From NCBI GenBank assembly GCA_050249115.1, contig JBFWRC010000012.1, positions 19,540-83,539 of the forward strand: a DNA stretch of 64,000 bases, in the 5' to 3' direction. The stretch comes from Beijerinckiaceae bacterium (GTDB taxonomy: Bacteria > Pseudomonadota > Alphaproteobacteria > Rhizobiales > Beijerinckiaceae). The notes below the pieces were generated by a model. That model saw nothing but the letters and a program-made list of their open reading frames with translations, ran no database searches and was not told where the DNA came from. Below are positions 38,225 through 47,683 of this stretch, piece by piece. The position numbers and the translations under genes are program-made. Within the stretch, counting starts at the first letter, position 1; each line of letters begins with the position of its first letter.

Positions 38225-39934
38225 ATGGCGATATTCGCAGCAGCATCCCGCACCAGCCGCATCCGCACGCCGGCCGCGCAGACTTTGCTCGCGCTGGCTC
38301 TGCTGGCGTTTCTGTTGCTGTTTCTGGTCGTGCCGGTCGTGACCGTGATCTATGTCGCCTTCACCGACGCCAATACGGGCGCGTTCACGCTGGTGAACTT
38401 TCTCGACTTCGCCCGCAACGATCTGTTCATGCAGTCGCTGCGCAATTCGTTGTGGGTGTCGTTCATGTCGGTGGTTCTGGCGACGGTCTTCGCCATGCCG
38501 CTTGCCTATATCACCATGCGGTTCGAATTTCGCGGCGCGTTGATGATACAAACGCTCGGCGTCATCCCGCTCATCATGCCGCCGTTTGCAGGCGCGGTCG
38601 CCATGCAACTCCTGTTCGGCCGCAACGGAACGTTCAACCTCTTGCTCGGCGACTGGCTGGGCATCAACATTCCGTTCATGGAAGGATTGAACGGCGTCAT
38701 CCTGCTGCAGGCCATTCACTATTTCCCGTTCATTCTGCTGAATGTGTCCGCTGCGCTCGCAAATCTCGACCGCTCCATGGAAGAAGCCGCGCAGAACCTC
38801 GGCTCAAGCGGCTTCCGTCTGTTCCGGCGCATCGTCTTTCCACTTGCCATGCCCGGCTACATCGCGGGAGCAAGCCTCGTTTTCATCAAGGTCTTCGACG
38901 ACCTCGCGACCCCGCTTCTCCTCAACATAAAGGAAATGCTTGCGCCACAGGCCTATCTTCGCATCACGTCGATCGGAATTACCGATCCGATGGGCTACGT
39001 GATTTCCACTGTTCTGATTGTTGTATCGCTTGGATCGCTATGGATTGCAGCCTTCGCAACCCGCGGGAAGGACTTCGCCACCACCCAGCGCGGCGGCGGC
39101 GGTCTGGCCCGGCGCGCCATGAACCGGCGGGACAGGCTTTTGGCATGGACAACAATCCTGCTGATTCTCGCGCTCGTCCTGTCGCCGCATGTCGGGCTGG
39201 TACTGCTGTCGCTCGCAACGGTCTGGTCCTTCGCCCCGCTGCCGGACGGCTATACCCTCGCCCATTACGCGACCGTGTTCCGCGAGAGCGCAAATTACAT
39301 CTGGAACACGCTGCTCTATGCTACGCTTGCCGGCCTGATCGCCGTCGTTCTCGGTTCGGCCATCGCCTATCTTGTCGAACGGTCGAAACTGTCCGGCAGG
39401 CACGTGCTCGACTACATGGCGATGGCGGCGCTCGCCGTTCCGGGCGTCGTTATCGGCATTGGCTATCTGCGCACTTTCTATAACGTGACGTTGCCCGGCG
39501 GTCAGGCGCTGGCGACGTTCTGGTTCATGATCGTGCTCGCCCTCGCCGTGCGCCGCCTGCCCTACGCCTTGCGCGCCTCGGGCGCTGCCCTGCAGCAGAT
39601 TTCGCCGCAACTGGAAGAGGCAGCCGAAAATCTTGGCGCCAACAAGCAACGCACCCTGCGCCGCATTCTGTTGCCCCTGATGAGTGGCGGGATGCTGGCC
39701 GGTTTCGTCACGGCTTTCGCCACCGCTTCCGTCGAATTGTCGGCCACCATGATGCTGGTGCAATCGAGCTCCGACGCGCCGCTGGCCTACGGACTTTACG
39801 TCTACATGCAATCGCCGGCCGGGCGCGGCGCGGGCGCGGCGCTCGGCGTCATCGCCGTCGCAATCGTCGGCCTGTGTACGTTCCTGTCTCACCTCGCCGC
39901 CGGCAAAACACGCCCCGGAGGACTGGCTCATTGA
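38225..39934 (+). CDS. ABC transporter permease (fused double FbpB-type)
   Basis: Two EAA loops (MEEAAQNLG and LEEAAENLG). Confidence 0.92.
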   Translation: MAIFAAASRTSRIRTPAAQTLLALALLAFLLLFLVVPVVTVIYVAFTDANTGAFTLVNFLDFARNDLFMQSLRNSLWVSFMSVVLATVFAMPLAYITMRFEFRGALMIQTLGVIPLIMPPFAGAVAMQLLFGRNGTFNLLLGDWLGINIPFMEGLNGVILLQAIHYFPFILLNVSAALANLDRSMEEAAQNLGSSGFRLFRRIVFPLAMPGYIAGASLVFIKVFDDLATPLLLNIKEMLAPQAYLRITSIGITDPMGYVISTVLIVVSLGSLWIAAFATRGKDFATTQRGGGGLARRAMNRRDRLLAWTTILLILALVLSPHVGLVLLSLATVWSFAPLPDGYTLAHYATVFRESANYIWNTLLYATLAGLIAVVLGSAIAYLVERSKLSGRHVLDYMAMAALAVPGVVIGIGYLRTFYNVTLPGGQALATFWFMIVLALAVRRLPYALRASGAALQQISPQLEEAAENLGANKQRTLRRILLPLMSGGMLAGFVTAFATASVELSATMMLVQSSSDAPLAYGLYVYMQSPAGRGAGAALGVIAVAIVGLCTFLSHLAAGKTRPGGLAH

Positions 39935-41013
39935 CCGCCGCTCTGCAGACAACCCAGGCCGCAAGCGTGCGGGTGGAGGATGTGAATCTTTCCTACGGCT
40001 CCACGCACGTTCTCAAGAACGTCAATCTTTCCATCGAGCCTGGCGAGTTCTTCGCTTTTCTCGGTCCCTCCGGCTGCGGCAAGACAACATTGCTGCGCCT
40101 GATTGCCGGCTTCAACATCGCTCAAACCGGACGCGTGCTTGTAGGCGGTGAGGATATTGGAGCACTGCCGCCGTGGAAACGAGACGTTGGCATGGTCTTT
40201 CAGTCCTACGCGCTCTGGCCGCACATGACAGTGCGCCAGAACGTCGCCTTCGGGCTGGAAGAGCGGAAAGTTCAGGCCAGCGAAATCGCAACCCGCGTGA
40301 AAGACGCCCTCGACATCGTCGGGCTTGGCGCGCTGGCCGGCCGCTATCCGGCGCAACTTTCGGGCGGTCAGCAGCAGCGCGTGGCGCTGGCGCGCACCAT
40401 CGTCGTGCGCCCGAAAGTCCTGCTGCTCGACGAACCGCTGTCGAACCTCGATGCCAAGATGCGCGTCGATGTGCGGCGCGAATTGCGCGACCTGCAACAG
40501 CGCCTCGGCATAACCACGATCTTCGTCACCCACGATCAGGAAGAAGCCAACACGATCTGCGACCGCATCGCCGTGATGAACGACGGAATCATCCAGCAAG
40601 TCGGCGCGCCGATGGATTTGTACGAAAAGCCCGCCAATCTTTTCGTCGCAGGCTTTCTCGGCTCGGCCAACATTCTGGAAGGCAAGGTCGCCAAAGACGG
40701 CGGCGGCCGCGCTTTCGTCCTTGCCGGCGGGGAGCGCATTGCCTTGCCCGCGGACGGGCTTGCGCCGGACGGGGCACGGCTCTTGTTCCGCCCGCAATAT
40801 GCAAGCGTTGCAAGAACGGCCTCCGGTCCCGCCTTGCACGGCGCAGTCCGCCATCGCGAATTTCTTGGCTCCACCGTCCGCTACGCCATCGCAGTCGGCG
40901 ATCAGGAAATCTTTGTCGATGCGCCATTCCAGACCGCCAGCGATCTCGCGCCCGAGGGCGCGGAGGTTGCCATAACCCTGCCGCCGGAACGCCTGCTATT
41001 GCTGGGCGCCTAG
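39931..41013 (+). CDS. ABC transporter ATP-binding protein (PotA/FbpC-type)
   Basis: GPSGCGKTT, LSGGQQQR and LLDEPLSNLD. TTG start overlaps the permease stop. Confidence 0.93.
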   Translation: MTAALQTTQAASVRVEDVNLSYGSTHVLKNVNLSIEPGEFFAFLGPSGCGKTTLLRLIAGFNIAQTGRVLVGGEDIGALPPWKRDVGMVFQSYALWPHMTVRQNVAFGLEERKVQASEIATRVKDALDIVGLGALAGRYPAQLSGGQQQRVALARTIVVRPKVLLLDEPLSNLDAKMRVDVRRELRDLQQRLGITTIFVTHDQEEANTICDRIAVMNDGIIQQVGAPMDLYEKPANLFVAGFLGSANILEGKVAKDGGGRAFVLAGGERIALPADGLAPDGARLLFRPQYASVARTASGPALHGAVRHREFLGSTVRYAIAVGDQEIFVDAPFQTASDLAPEGAEVAITLPPERLLLLGA

Positions 41014-41033
41014 AAGCAAGGAAGACGCGCAAA

Positions 41034-42149
41034 TTATCGCAGCTGCGTTGCCCCGGCGACTTTCTCGACCTGAACGGCGAGCGCGCCCGTGCGCTCCGCA
41101 ATCGCATCGGCAAGGCCTATCGAATGGGTCACGACCCAGACCTGGCTGCGGTCCGACGCCCTGACGATCATCTCCGCGAGCGGCGCCATCAGTTCGGGAT
41201 GCAGGCTGCCTTCCGGCTCGTTCAGCGCAACCAGAGGCGGGCGATGATAGGCGAACAGCGCACCGGCAAGGCCAAGATAGCGCAGCGTGCCGTCCGACAA
41301 TTCCCCCTGTCCGAATACGCGCCGGCCGCCGCCATCGAGCACGAAATCGGGATAGGTGAACCCGAAGCGCGCCTCCCGCTCCGGCCATTCGACAACCAGT
41401 TCGCTGCCGGGGAAAGCATCCGCCACCGCAGCATCGAGATCGGCCGCATCCTGCCGGATATGCCGCAGCGTCGCGAACACAGCAGCCAGATTGCCGCCAT
41501 CGGCATCGAGCGACGCCGCCACGGTCGCCAGGCTCGGCTGCCGCATTGGCGATGCGCTGTCCGTGCGAAGGTCGTGATAAAAACGCCAGCTCGCCAAGGT
41601 CCGCCGCACGAGATGCTGGTCGGGGAATGCGCCCGGCTCATCAAGGTGGGAGAGCGCCGTTTCCGAGGCCAGCAGATCGGTTGCGAGCTGACGGGAGACG
41701 CCATCGCGATCACGCACTTCCGCACCCGGTCCCCGCCGTTGCAGCAGGATGTGCTTTCGCCTGCCGTCGTGAAAGTACAGCGTCTCGGTTTTCACCTGCG
41801 GTTCCAGCGCGAAGGCCGCAGCGCTTGGCGTAGGCGTGCCGATTTCGATCTCGTATGTGTATGTAGCCCGGTCTTCCCGGGAAGCGGCCAGGACAACCGT
41901 CAGTCCAAGCCGCGCCGGGGCTTTGCGCACGCGCCGGCCTGCCCACAGCACCGCGCCCATGCCGCCTTCGCCGGCAATCTCGCGCGCCAGCGTTCCGAGC
42001 GCCGCCGCCTGGACGAGTTGCAAGGCGCGATAGAGGTTCGTCTTGCCGGTCCCGTTCTTGCCAACGAACACATTGAGGCTGTGGAGGTCCATGCCCGCCT
42101 TTTGCACGGACCTGTAGCCGGAGATTTCGAGGCGGCGCACCTGCAGCAT
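41034..42149 (-). CDS. AAA family (ABC/SMC-like) ATPase
   Basis: GKNGTGKTNLY, LSDGTLRYL, LNEPEGSLHP and VVTHS. Confidence 0.85.
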   Translation of the reverse strand: MLQVRRLEISGYRSVQKAGMDLHSLNVFVGKNGTGKTNLYRALQLVQAAALGTLAREIAGEGGMGAVLWAGRRVRKAPARLGLTVVLAASREDRATYTYEIEIGTPTPSAAAFALEPQVKTETLYFHDGRRKHILLQRRGPGAEVRDRDGVSRQLATDLLASETALSHLDEPGAFPDQHLVRRTLASWRFYHDLRTDSASPMRQPSLATVAASLDADGGNLAAVFATLRHIRQDAADLDAAVADAFPGSELVVEWPEREARFGFTYPDFVLDGGGRRVFGQGELSDGTLRYLGLAGALFAYHRPPLVALNEPEGSLHPELMAPLAEMIVRASDRSQVWVVTHSIGLADAIAERTGALAVQVEKVAGATQLR

Positions 42150-42176
42150 CGTTCGTATCCATCCGCGCGCTTGGAC

Positions 42177-43091
42177 CTACGGCCATTTCACCCGCGGCGG
42201 CATGGAAGACAGAATCGAATCCACGTTTCCGCCGGTCTTCAGGCCGAATATCGTGCCGCGATCGTAGAGCAGGTTGAATTCGACATAACGGCCGCGGCGG
42301 ACGAGTTGCTCCTCGCGCTGGGCGTCTGTCCACGGCTTTTCGAAATTGCGCCGGACGAGCGTCATATAGATGTCGAGGAAGCTGTTTCCGACATCCTGCG
42401 TGAAGGCAAAATCCTTGTCCCACGCCGAATTGGCCACGTCCCCGGCGCTGTTGAGATAATCGTAGAAAATTCCGCCGATGCCGCGCGGCTCCTTGCGGTG
42501 CGGCAAGTAGAAATATTCGTCGCACCAGTCCTTGAACCTGCCGTAGGGCGCAACGTCCGCGTGGCGGTCGCAGGCCGCTTGCATGGCGGCGTGGAAGTCC
42601 TTCGTATCGGGATCGTCCTGGCTGCGGCGCGCGTCCAGCACCGGCGTCAGGTCCGCGCCGCCGCCGAACCAGGCCTTCGAGGTGACGACGAAGCGCGTGT
42701 TCATGTGCACCGCCGGAACATTCGGATTCCACGGGTGCACGATCAGGGAAATGCCGGACGCCCAGAACCGCGGATCGTCGGCAGCGCCGGGAATCTGCTT
42801 GGCGAATTCCGGCGCAAAGGTGCCATGCACAGCGGAAACATGGACGCCCGCTTTCTCGAAAACCCGGCCCTTGAGAATCGCCATCGTCCCGCCGCCGCCC
42901 GGTGCGCCGTCGTGATTGGTGCGCAGCCACGGCGTGCGCTGCGCCACGCCCGCGCCTGCCGAAAGCGGGTCGAAAGGCCCCGGACACTCCGCTTCCAGCG
43001 CCTCGAAGCCTGCCAGTATCCGGCCTTGCAAAGTCTCGAACCAGGACTTGGCCTGACTTTTTCGCTCTTCGAGCGCCGCTTGCGCGTCCAT
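42177..43091 (-). CDS. hemF: Oxygen-dependent coproporphyrinogen III oxidase
   Basis: [27 protein letters not shown] and [16 protein letters not shown]. Confidence 0.97.
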   Translation of the reverse strand: MDAQAALEERKSQAKSWFETLQGRILAGFEALEAECPGPFDPLSAGAGVAQRTPWLRTNHDGAPGGGGTMAILKGRVFEKAGVHVSAVHGTFAPEFAKQIPGAADDPRFWASGISLIVHPWNPNVPAVHMNTRFVVTSKAWFGGGADLTPVLDARRSQDDPDTKDFHAAMQAACDRHADVAPYGRFKDWCDEYFYLPHRKEPRGIGGIFYDYLNSAGDVANSAWDKDFAFTQDVGNSFLDIYMTLVRRNFEKPWTDAQREEQLVRRGRYVEFNLLYDRGTIFGLKTGGNVDSILSSMPPRVKWP

Positions 43092-43126
43092 GCCCGCTTT
43101 TCCCATCCTTGTTGTCCTGCTCGTAT

Positions 43127-43630
43127 TCAAGCGGGCGCCAGCTGACGCAAGGCCTCCCCCGCTACCATCGCCGCCGCAACCGCGACGTTCACCGAACGCA
43201 TCCCGCCGCGCATCGGAATGGAAATCCGCGCATCGGCCGCCGCGTGCACATCTTCCGGAACGCCCGCCGATTCGCGTCCGACCATCAATATGTCGCCCGC
43301 CTGGAACCGGAATTCCGTATACGGGCAGTCGCCCTGCGTCGTCAGCAGGACCAGACGCCGCTGCACGCCGGCCGATGCCTGCCCGGCGCGCCACTCCTCG
43401 AACGACCGCCACGAAACATGGCGCTTCACGTCCACCGCGTCGAGATAGTCCATGCCGGCGCGGCGGAAAGCCCGGTCTGAGACCGGAAAGCCGGCCGGTT
43501 CGACGATCGCGGCGGCGATGCCAAGGCACGCGCAAGTTCGCAGCATCGTGCCCGTGTTCTGCGGAATGTCGGGCTGGTACAAAGCCAGTGTCAGACCCGA
43601 AGAACCGCCGGATAATTCCGCTGTGGACAA
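43127..43630 (-). CDS. trmL: tRNA (cytidine/uridine-34-2'-O)-methyltransferase
   Basis: [26 protein letters not shown] and RSVNVA. TTG start after GAGGG (start uncertain). Confidence 0.93.
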   Translation of the reverse strand: MSTAELSGGSSGLTLALYQPDIPQNTGTMLRTCACLGIAAAIVEPAGFPVSDRAFRRAGMDYLDAVDVKRHVSWRSFEEWRAGQASAGVQRRLVLLTTQGDCPYTEFRFQAGDILMVGRESAGVPEDVHAAADARISIPMRGGMRSVNVAVAAAMVAGEALRQLAPA

Positions 43631-43880
43631 ATTGCACCCTCGCGCCGCAGTTGTTTCCGCCCCTGGGGCCGGCCGGGACGCGACGACCCCTCCCGCCCAC
43701 GGAAAAGCCCGGCAAGAAGGCGAATTCGCGCCTGCAAACCGGTCTGCCCCGCAAATCCCGGATTCTGTTGCGGTGGTATAGACAATCCCGCACAGCGGTG
43801 CCAAATACGGTCGCCTTTCACAAGGCTGGGAGCGGGAAAGAGCCTTTCCGGAGCGCCAAGCGCCAAGGGATTCCGAACGG

Positions 43881-43895
43881 GTGGCGATGCGTCGC
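43881..43895. promoter_or_regulatory. RegA/RegR (PrrA) box upstream of petA
   Basis: GTGGC-N5-GTCGC, matching the G(C/T)GGC-N5-GTCGC consensus. Confidence 0.5.
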
Positions 43896-44025
43896 ATTGC
43901 CGCTTCCGCCTCCCGAACCTATGAGAGCGCAATCCGGGGGTGGAAGCGCAGATTACGCGTGATTTGCGCACGCCTGCAGCATTCTGTCCCCGCAGCGTCC
44001 GCGCAGAACTGGATAGGAATTAATC

Positions 44026-44553
44026 GTGGCTAATTCATCGTCGGTCGAACCCACCCGCAGGGACATGCTGTTCATCGCAACCGGAGCGGCCGCCGCCGTC
44101 GGTACGGGCGCGATGGTGTGGCCATTCATCAGCCAGATGAATCCGGACGCGTCCACGCTGGCGCTGGCTTCCATCGAGGTCGATATCGGCGCAATCAAGC
44201 CGGGCGCGATCATGACCGTCAAATGGCGCGGCAAGCCGGTCTTCATCCGCCACCGTACGAAGGAAGAAATCGCCGAAGCCGAAAAGGTGAATGTCGCTAC
44301 GCTGCCCGATCCGGAAGCCGACGACAAACGCGTCAAGAAGCCGGAATGGCTGGTCGTTATCGGCGTCTGCACCCATCTGGGCTGCGTGCCGCTGGGCGGC
44401 GAAGGCCAGCGTGGCGAATATCACGGCTGGTTCTGCCCCTGCCACGGATCGGCATACGACACCTCCGGCCGCATCCGCAAAGGTCCCGCGCCGAAGAACC
44501 TCGAAGTTCCGCAGTACGAATTCGTATCCAACACCAAGCTCAAGATTGGCTGA
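44026..44553 (+). CDS. petA: Ubiquinol-cytochrome c reductase Rieske subunit
   Basis: Tat TRRDML, CTHLGC and CPCHGS. Confidence 0.98.
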   Translation: MANSSSVEPTRRDMLFIATGAAAAVGTGAMVWPFISQMNPDASTLALASIEVDIGAIKPGAIMTVKWRGKPVFIRHRTKEEIAEAEKVNVATLPDPEADDKRVKKPEWLVVIGVCTHLGCVPLGGEGQRGEYHGWFCPCHGSAYDTSGRIRKGPAPKNLEVPQYEFVSNTKLKIG

Positions 44554-44629
44554 CGCCAGCCCGATCCGAACCGCCGGAGAGGCTGGGAAAACCTGCCGGC
44601 TGCAGACATTTCGCCGAGGATAAACAAAC

Positions 44630-45898
44630 ATGAGCGGACATTCGACCTACGTCCCCAAGAGCGCCCTGGGCCGCTGGTTTGAAAGCCGGCTTCCGGTTAT
44701 GGGGCTGATGCACAACTCGTTCGTCGCCTATCCGACACCGCGCAACCTGAACTACTGGTGGACGTTCGGCGGCATCCTGAGCTTCATGCTCGTCGCGCAG
44801 ATCGTGACCGGCATCGTGCTGGCCATGCACTACACCGCCCATACCTCCATGGCGTTCCAGTCGGTCGAGCACATCATGCGCGACGTCAACTGGGGCTGGT
44901 TCATCCGCTACGCCCATGCCAACGGCGCCTCGATGTTCTTCGTCGCCGTCTATATCCACATGTTCCGCGGCCTCTATTACGGGTCCTACAAGGCTCCCCG
45001 CGAAGTGCTGTGGATCCTCGGCGTCATCATCTTCCTGCTCATGATGGCCACCGCCTTCATGGGCTACGTGCTGCCGTGGGGCCAGATGAGCTTCTGGGGC
45101 GCAACCGTCATCACCAACCTGTTCTCGGCAATTCCGCTGGTCGGCAACGCCATCACCACCTGGCTATGGGGCGGCTATTCTGTCGACAACCCGACCCTGA
45201 ACCGCTTCTTCTCGCTGCACTACCTGCTGCCGTTCATGATCGCCGGCGTCGTCGTCCTGCATGTCTGGGCGCTGCACGTCGTCGGCCAGAACAATCCGGC
45301 CGGCGTCGAAGTGAAAGACGTCAAGCGCGACACCCTGCCCTTCACGCCCTATGCGACCCTGAAGGACGGCACGGCGCTGGTCTTCTTCCTGATCTTCTAC
45401 GCCTGGTTCGTGTTCTACGTGCCGAACTATCTCGGCCACGCCGACAATTATATCGACGCCAACCCGCTGGTGACGCCGGCCCATATCGTGCCGGAATGGT
45501 ACTTCCTGCCCTTCTACGCGATCCTGCGCGCCATACCTTCAAAGCTCGGCGGCGTTATCGCCATGTTCGGCTCGATTGCCGTCCTGGCCTTCCTGCCCTG
45601 GCTCGACACGTCGAAAGTCCGCTCCGCGGCCTTCCGCCCGGTCTACAAGGTGCTGTTCTGGGCTTTCGTGATTGTTTGCATCGGCCTCGGCTATCTCGGC
45701 TCGAAGCCGGCCGAAGGCGGCTACGTCACCGCATCGCGGCTGCTGACATTCTTCTACTTTGCGTTCTTCGCGATCCTGCCGTTCCTCGGCTGGTTCGAGA
45801 AGACCAAACCCGTACCGGCCTCGATCGCCGATGCGGTTCTGGCAAAGAACGGCGGTTCGGCCGCTGCCCTTGCCGGCGCCGCCCATTCGAAATCCTGA
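44630..45898 (+). CDS. petB: Cytochrome b
   Basis: [18 protein letters not shown] and PEWY. Confidence 0.98.
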   Translation: MSGHSTYVPKSALGRWFESRLPVMGLMHNSFVAYPTPRNLNYWWTFGGILSFMLVAQIVTGIVLAMHYTAHTSMAFQSVEHIMRDVNWGWFIRYAHANGASMFFVAVYIHMFRGLYYGSYKAPREVLWILGVIIFLLMMATAFMGYVLPWGQMSFWGATVITNLFSAIPLVGNAITTWLWGGYSVDNPTLNRFFSLHYLLPFMIAGVVVLHVWALHVVGQNNPAGVEVKDVKRDTLPFTPYATLKDGTALVFFLIFYAWFVFYVPNYLGHADNYIDANPLVTPAHIVPEWYFLPFYAILRAIPSKLGGVIAMFGSIAVLAFLPWLDTSKVRSAAFRPVYKVLFWAFVIVCIGLGYLGSKPAEGGYVTASRLLTFFYFAFFAILPFLGWFEKTKPVPASIADAVLAKNGGSAAALAGAAHSKS

Positions 45899-45914
45899 TC
45901 GGCTGATGAGGAAA

Positions 45915-46730
45915 ATGAAAATGAACCGTTTGTCCATAATCAGCCTTGCCTTCGCAGCGTTTGCCGCTTTCGCAACGCCTGCCATCGCTGCAGAAGGCGG
46001 CGCCAAACCGCCACGTCAGTCCTGGTCCTTCGGCGGACCCTTCGGCCATTACGACCGGGCGCAGATCCAGCGCGGATTTCAGGTCTACAAGGAAGTCTGC
46101 GCAGCCTGTCATTCCTTGAAGCGCGTCGCCTTCCGCAACCTGCATGAAAAGGGCGGCCCGGAGTTCTCCGAAGGACAGATCAAGGCGCTCGCTGCGAGCT
46201 ACGAAATTCCGGACATCAACGATCAGGGCGAAGCCGTAAAACGCCCGGGCAAGCCGTCCGACAAGTTTCCGCTCATCTACCCGAACGACGAAGCGGCAAA
46301 AGCCGCGCAAGGCGCCATCCCGCCGGATCTTTCAGTAATCGCCAAGGCCCGTTCCTACGAGCGCGGCTTCCCGCTGTTCCTGCTCGACGCCGTGCCGGGC
46401 TTCGCCTATCAGGAGCATGGCGTGGACTACATCGCCGCCCTGCTGAATGGATACACCAAGGCGGACGATCCGAACTGGAACGAATATTTCCCCGGCCACA
46501 AGATCGGCATGGCCAAACCGCTCAGCGACGGACAGGTCGAGTACACGGACGGTTCGCCGAAGACCGTGAAGCAATACGCGACCGACGTTTCAGCCTTCCT
46601 GATGTGGGCGGCAGAGCCGAAGCTGGAAGAACGCAAGAAGACCGGCTTCACCGTCATGGTCTTCCTGTTTGTCTTTGCCGGCCTGATGTTCCTGACCAAG
46701 AAGAAGGTCTGGTCGAACGAAGCACATTGA
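45915..46730 (+). CDS. petC: Cytochrome c1
   Basis: RGFQVYKEVCAACH, PPDLS and a C-terminal anchor. Start is 45906, 45915 or 45921. Confidence 0.96.
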   Translation: MKMNRLSIISLAFAAFAAFATPAIAAEGGAKPPRQSWSFGGPFGHYDRAQIQRGFQVYKEVCAACHSLKRVAFRNLHEKGGPEFSEGQIKALAASYEIPDINDQGEAVKRPGKPSDKFPLIYPNDEAAKAAQGAIPPDLSVIAKARSYERGFPLFLLDAVPGFAYQEHGVDYIAALLNGYTKADDPNWNEYFPGHKIGMAKPLSDGQVEYTDGSPKTVKQYATDVSAFLMWAAEPKLEERKKTGFTVMVFLFVFAGLMFLTKKKVWSNEAH

Positions 46731-46758
46731 TAGCGTTTTCCATAATCGCAGGCATTCC

Positions 46759-46788
46759 AGCCCCCGCAGCAATGCGGGGGTTTTTTCT
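46759..46788 (+). terminator. petABC terminator
   Basis: AGCCCCCGCA-gcaa-TGCGGGGGTT followed by a T run. Confidence 0.85.
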
Positions 46789-46821
46789 TGCGCGGCAAGC
46801 TCCATACACCTAAAGTCAAGA

Positions 46822-46850
46822 TTGACATATAGACATACGAGCCTTATCTT
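46822..46850 (+). promoter_or_regulatory. sigma70 promoter of vapBC
   Basis: TTGACA-N17-TATCTT, with GACATA repeated twice over and next to the -35. Confidence 0.7.
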
Positions 46851-46856
46851 TCCGAG

Positions 46857-47150
46857 ATGTTCGAACGCACCACAGTCCGCCTGCCGAAGGTCCTGCTAGA
46901 CCGCGCCCGCAAGAAAGCTGCGGAGCGGGGAATAACGCTGACAGCCTTGCTGGAGGAGAGCCTGCTTCGAAACATAGAGGAAGGAACTCCCAAAAAACGC
47001 CAGGGTCAGCGGATTTCCCTCCCGGTCTCGTCAGCAACCGGCGGGCCCCGTCCCGGCGTCGACCTGACGCGGATGGCGGGGATATACGAGGACGAAGATC
47101 GGGAATATATGGAGCGCCTGCGGAAGGGCTTTCAGGAATCATCGCCCTGA
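46857..47150 (+). CDS. vapB: RHH/CopG-type antitoxin (VapB-like)
   Basis: RTTVRLPKVLLDRARKKAAERGITLTALLEESL. TGATG coupling to the toxin gene. Confidence 0.8.
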   Translation: MFERTTVRLPKVLLDRARKKAAERGITLTALLEESLLRNIEEGTPKKRQGQRISLPVSSATGGPRPGVDLTRMAGIYEDEDREYMERLRKGFQESSP

Positions 47151-47578
47151 TGTTCCTGCCGGACGTCAATATTTTCATTAACGCTTTCAGGCGTGACGCC
47201 GCCTACCATACGCTGTGCAAGACTTGGCTGGATGACATTGCCAACAGCGACGCCGGGCTTGCCGTCTCGCCATTGGCGCTTTCCGCCGTTGTCCGGGTTG
47301 TCACCAACCGCCGGTCTTTCCAAAATCCGTCGCCGCTGGAAGAAGCTTTCGCGTTCTGCGCCACGGTTCGCGGGCTTGAAAACTCCACGCGCGTAGAACC
47401 CGGCCCCGGCCACTGGCGCATTTTCCAGTCGCTTTGCGTCGACAACAACATCCGCGGCCCGCTCGTCACGGACGCCTGGTATGCTGCGCTGGCCATTGAG
47501 TGGAATTGCGAACTGGTCAGTCTGGACCGGGATTTCGCTCGCTTTCCCGGCCTGCGCTGGTCCGTGCCGTCCGCCTGA
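47150..47578 (+). CDS. vapC: PIN-domain toxin (VapC)
   Basis: LPDVNIFI, VTDAWYAALAIE and SLDRDFARFPGLRW. Confidence 0.92.
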   Translation: MFLPDVNIFINAFRRDAAYHTLCKTWLDDIANSDAGLAVSPLALSAVVRVVTNRRSFQNPSPLEEAFAFCATVRGLENSTRVEPGPGHWRIFQSLCVDNNIRGPLVTDAWYAALAIEWNCELVSLDRDFARFPGLRWSVPSA

Positions 47579-47591
47579 CCGAATATCGCGC

Positions 47592-47683
47592 TAATAGCGT
47601 TTTCAAGCGCAGTGGATGCCGGTTCGCGTCAGGAAAACGCGCCGAAACCAGAATCTGGATCGGTTCACTGTTTCCATGAACCG
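47592..47683 (+). repeat. Bru-RS/MITE-like intergenic repeat
   Basis: TAATAGCGTTTTCAAGCGCAGTGGATGCCGGTTCGCGTCAGGAAAACGCG...CAGAATCT plus a terminal hairpin CGGTTCA/TGAACCG. Confidence 0.6.

Noticed and set aside
40173-43145. 990-aa ORF and other very long antisense or alternate-frame ORFs (e.g. 14630-16561, 18820-20829, 28877-30460)
   Set aside because: Shadow ORFs of well-supported genes in a GC-rich genome, with no recognisable motifs.
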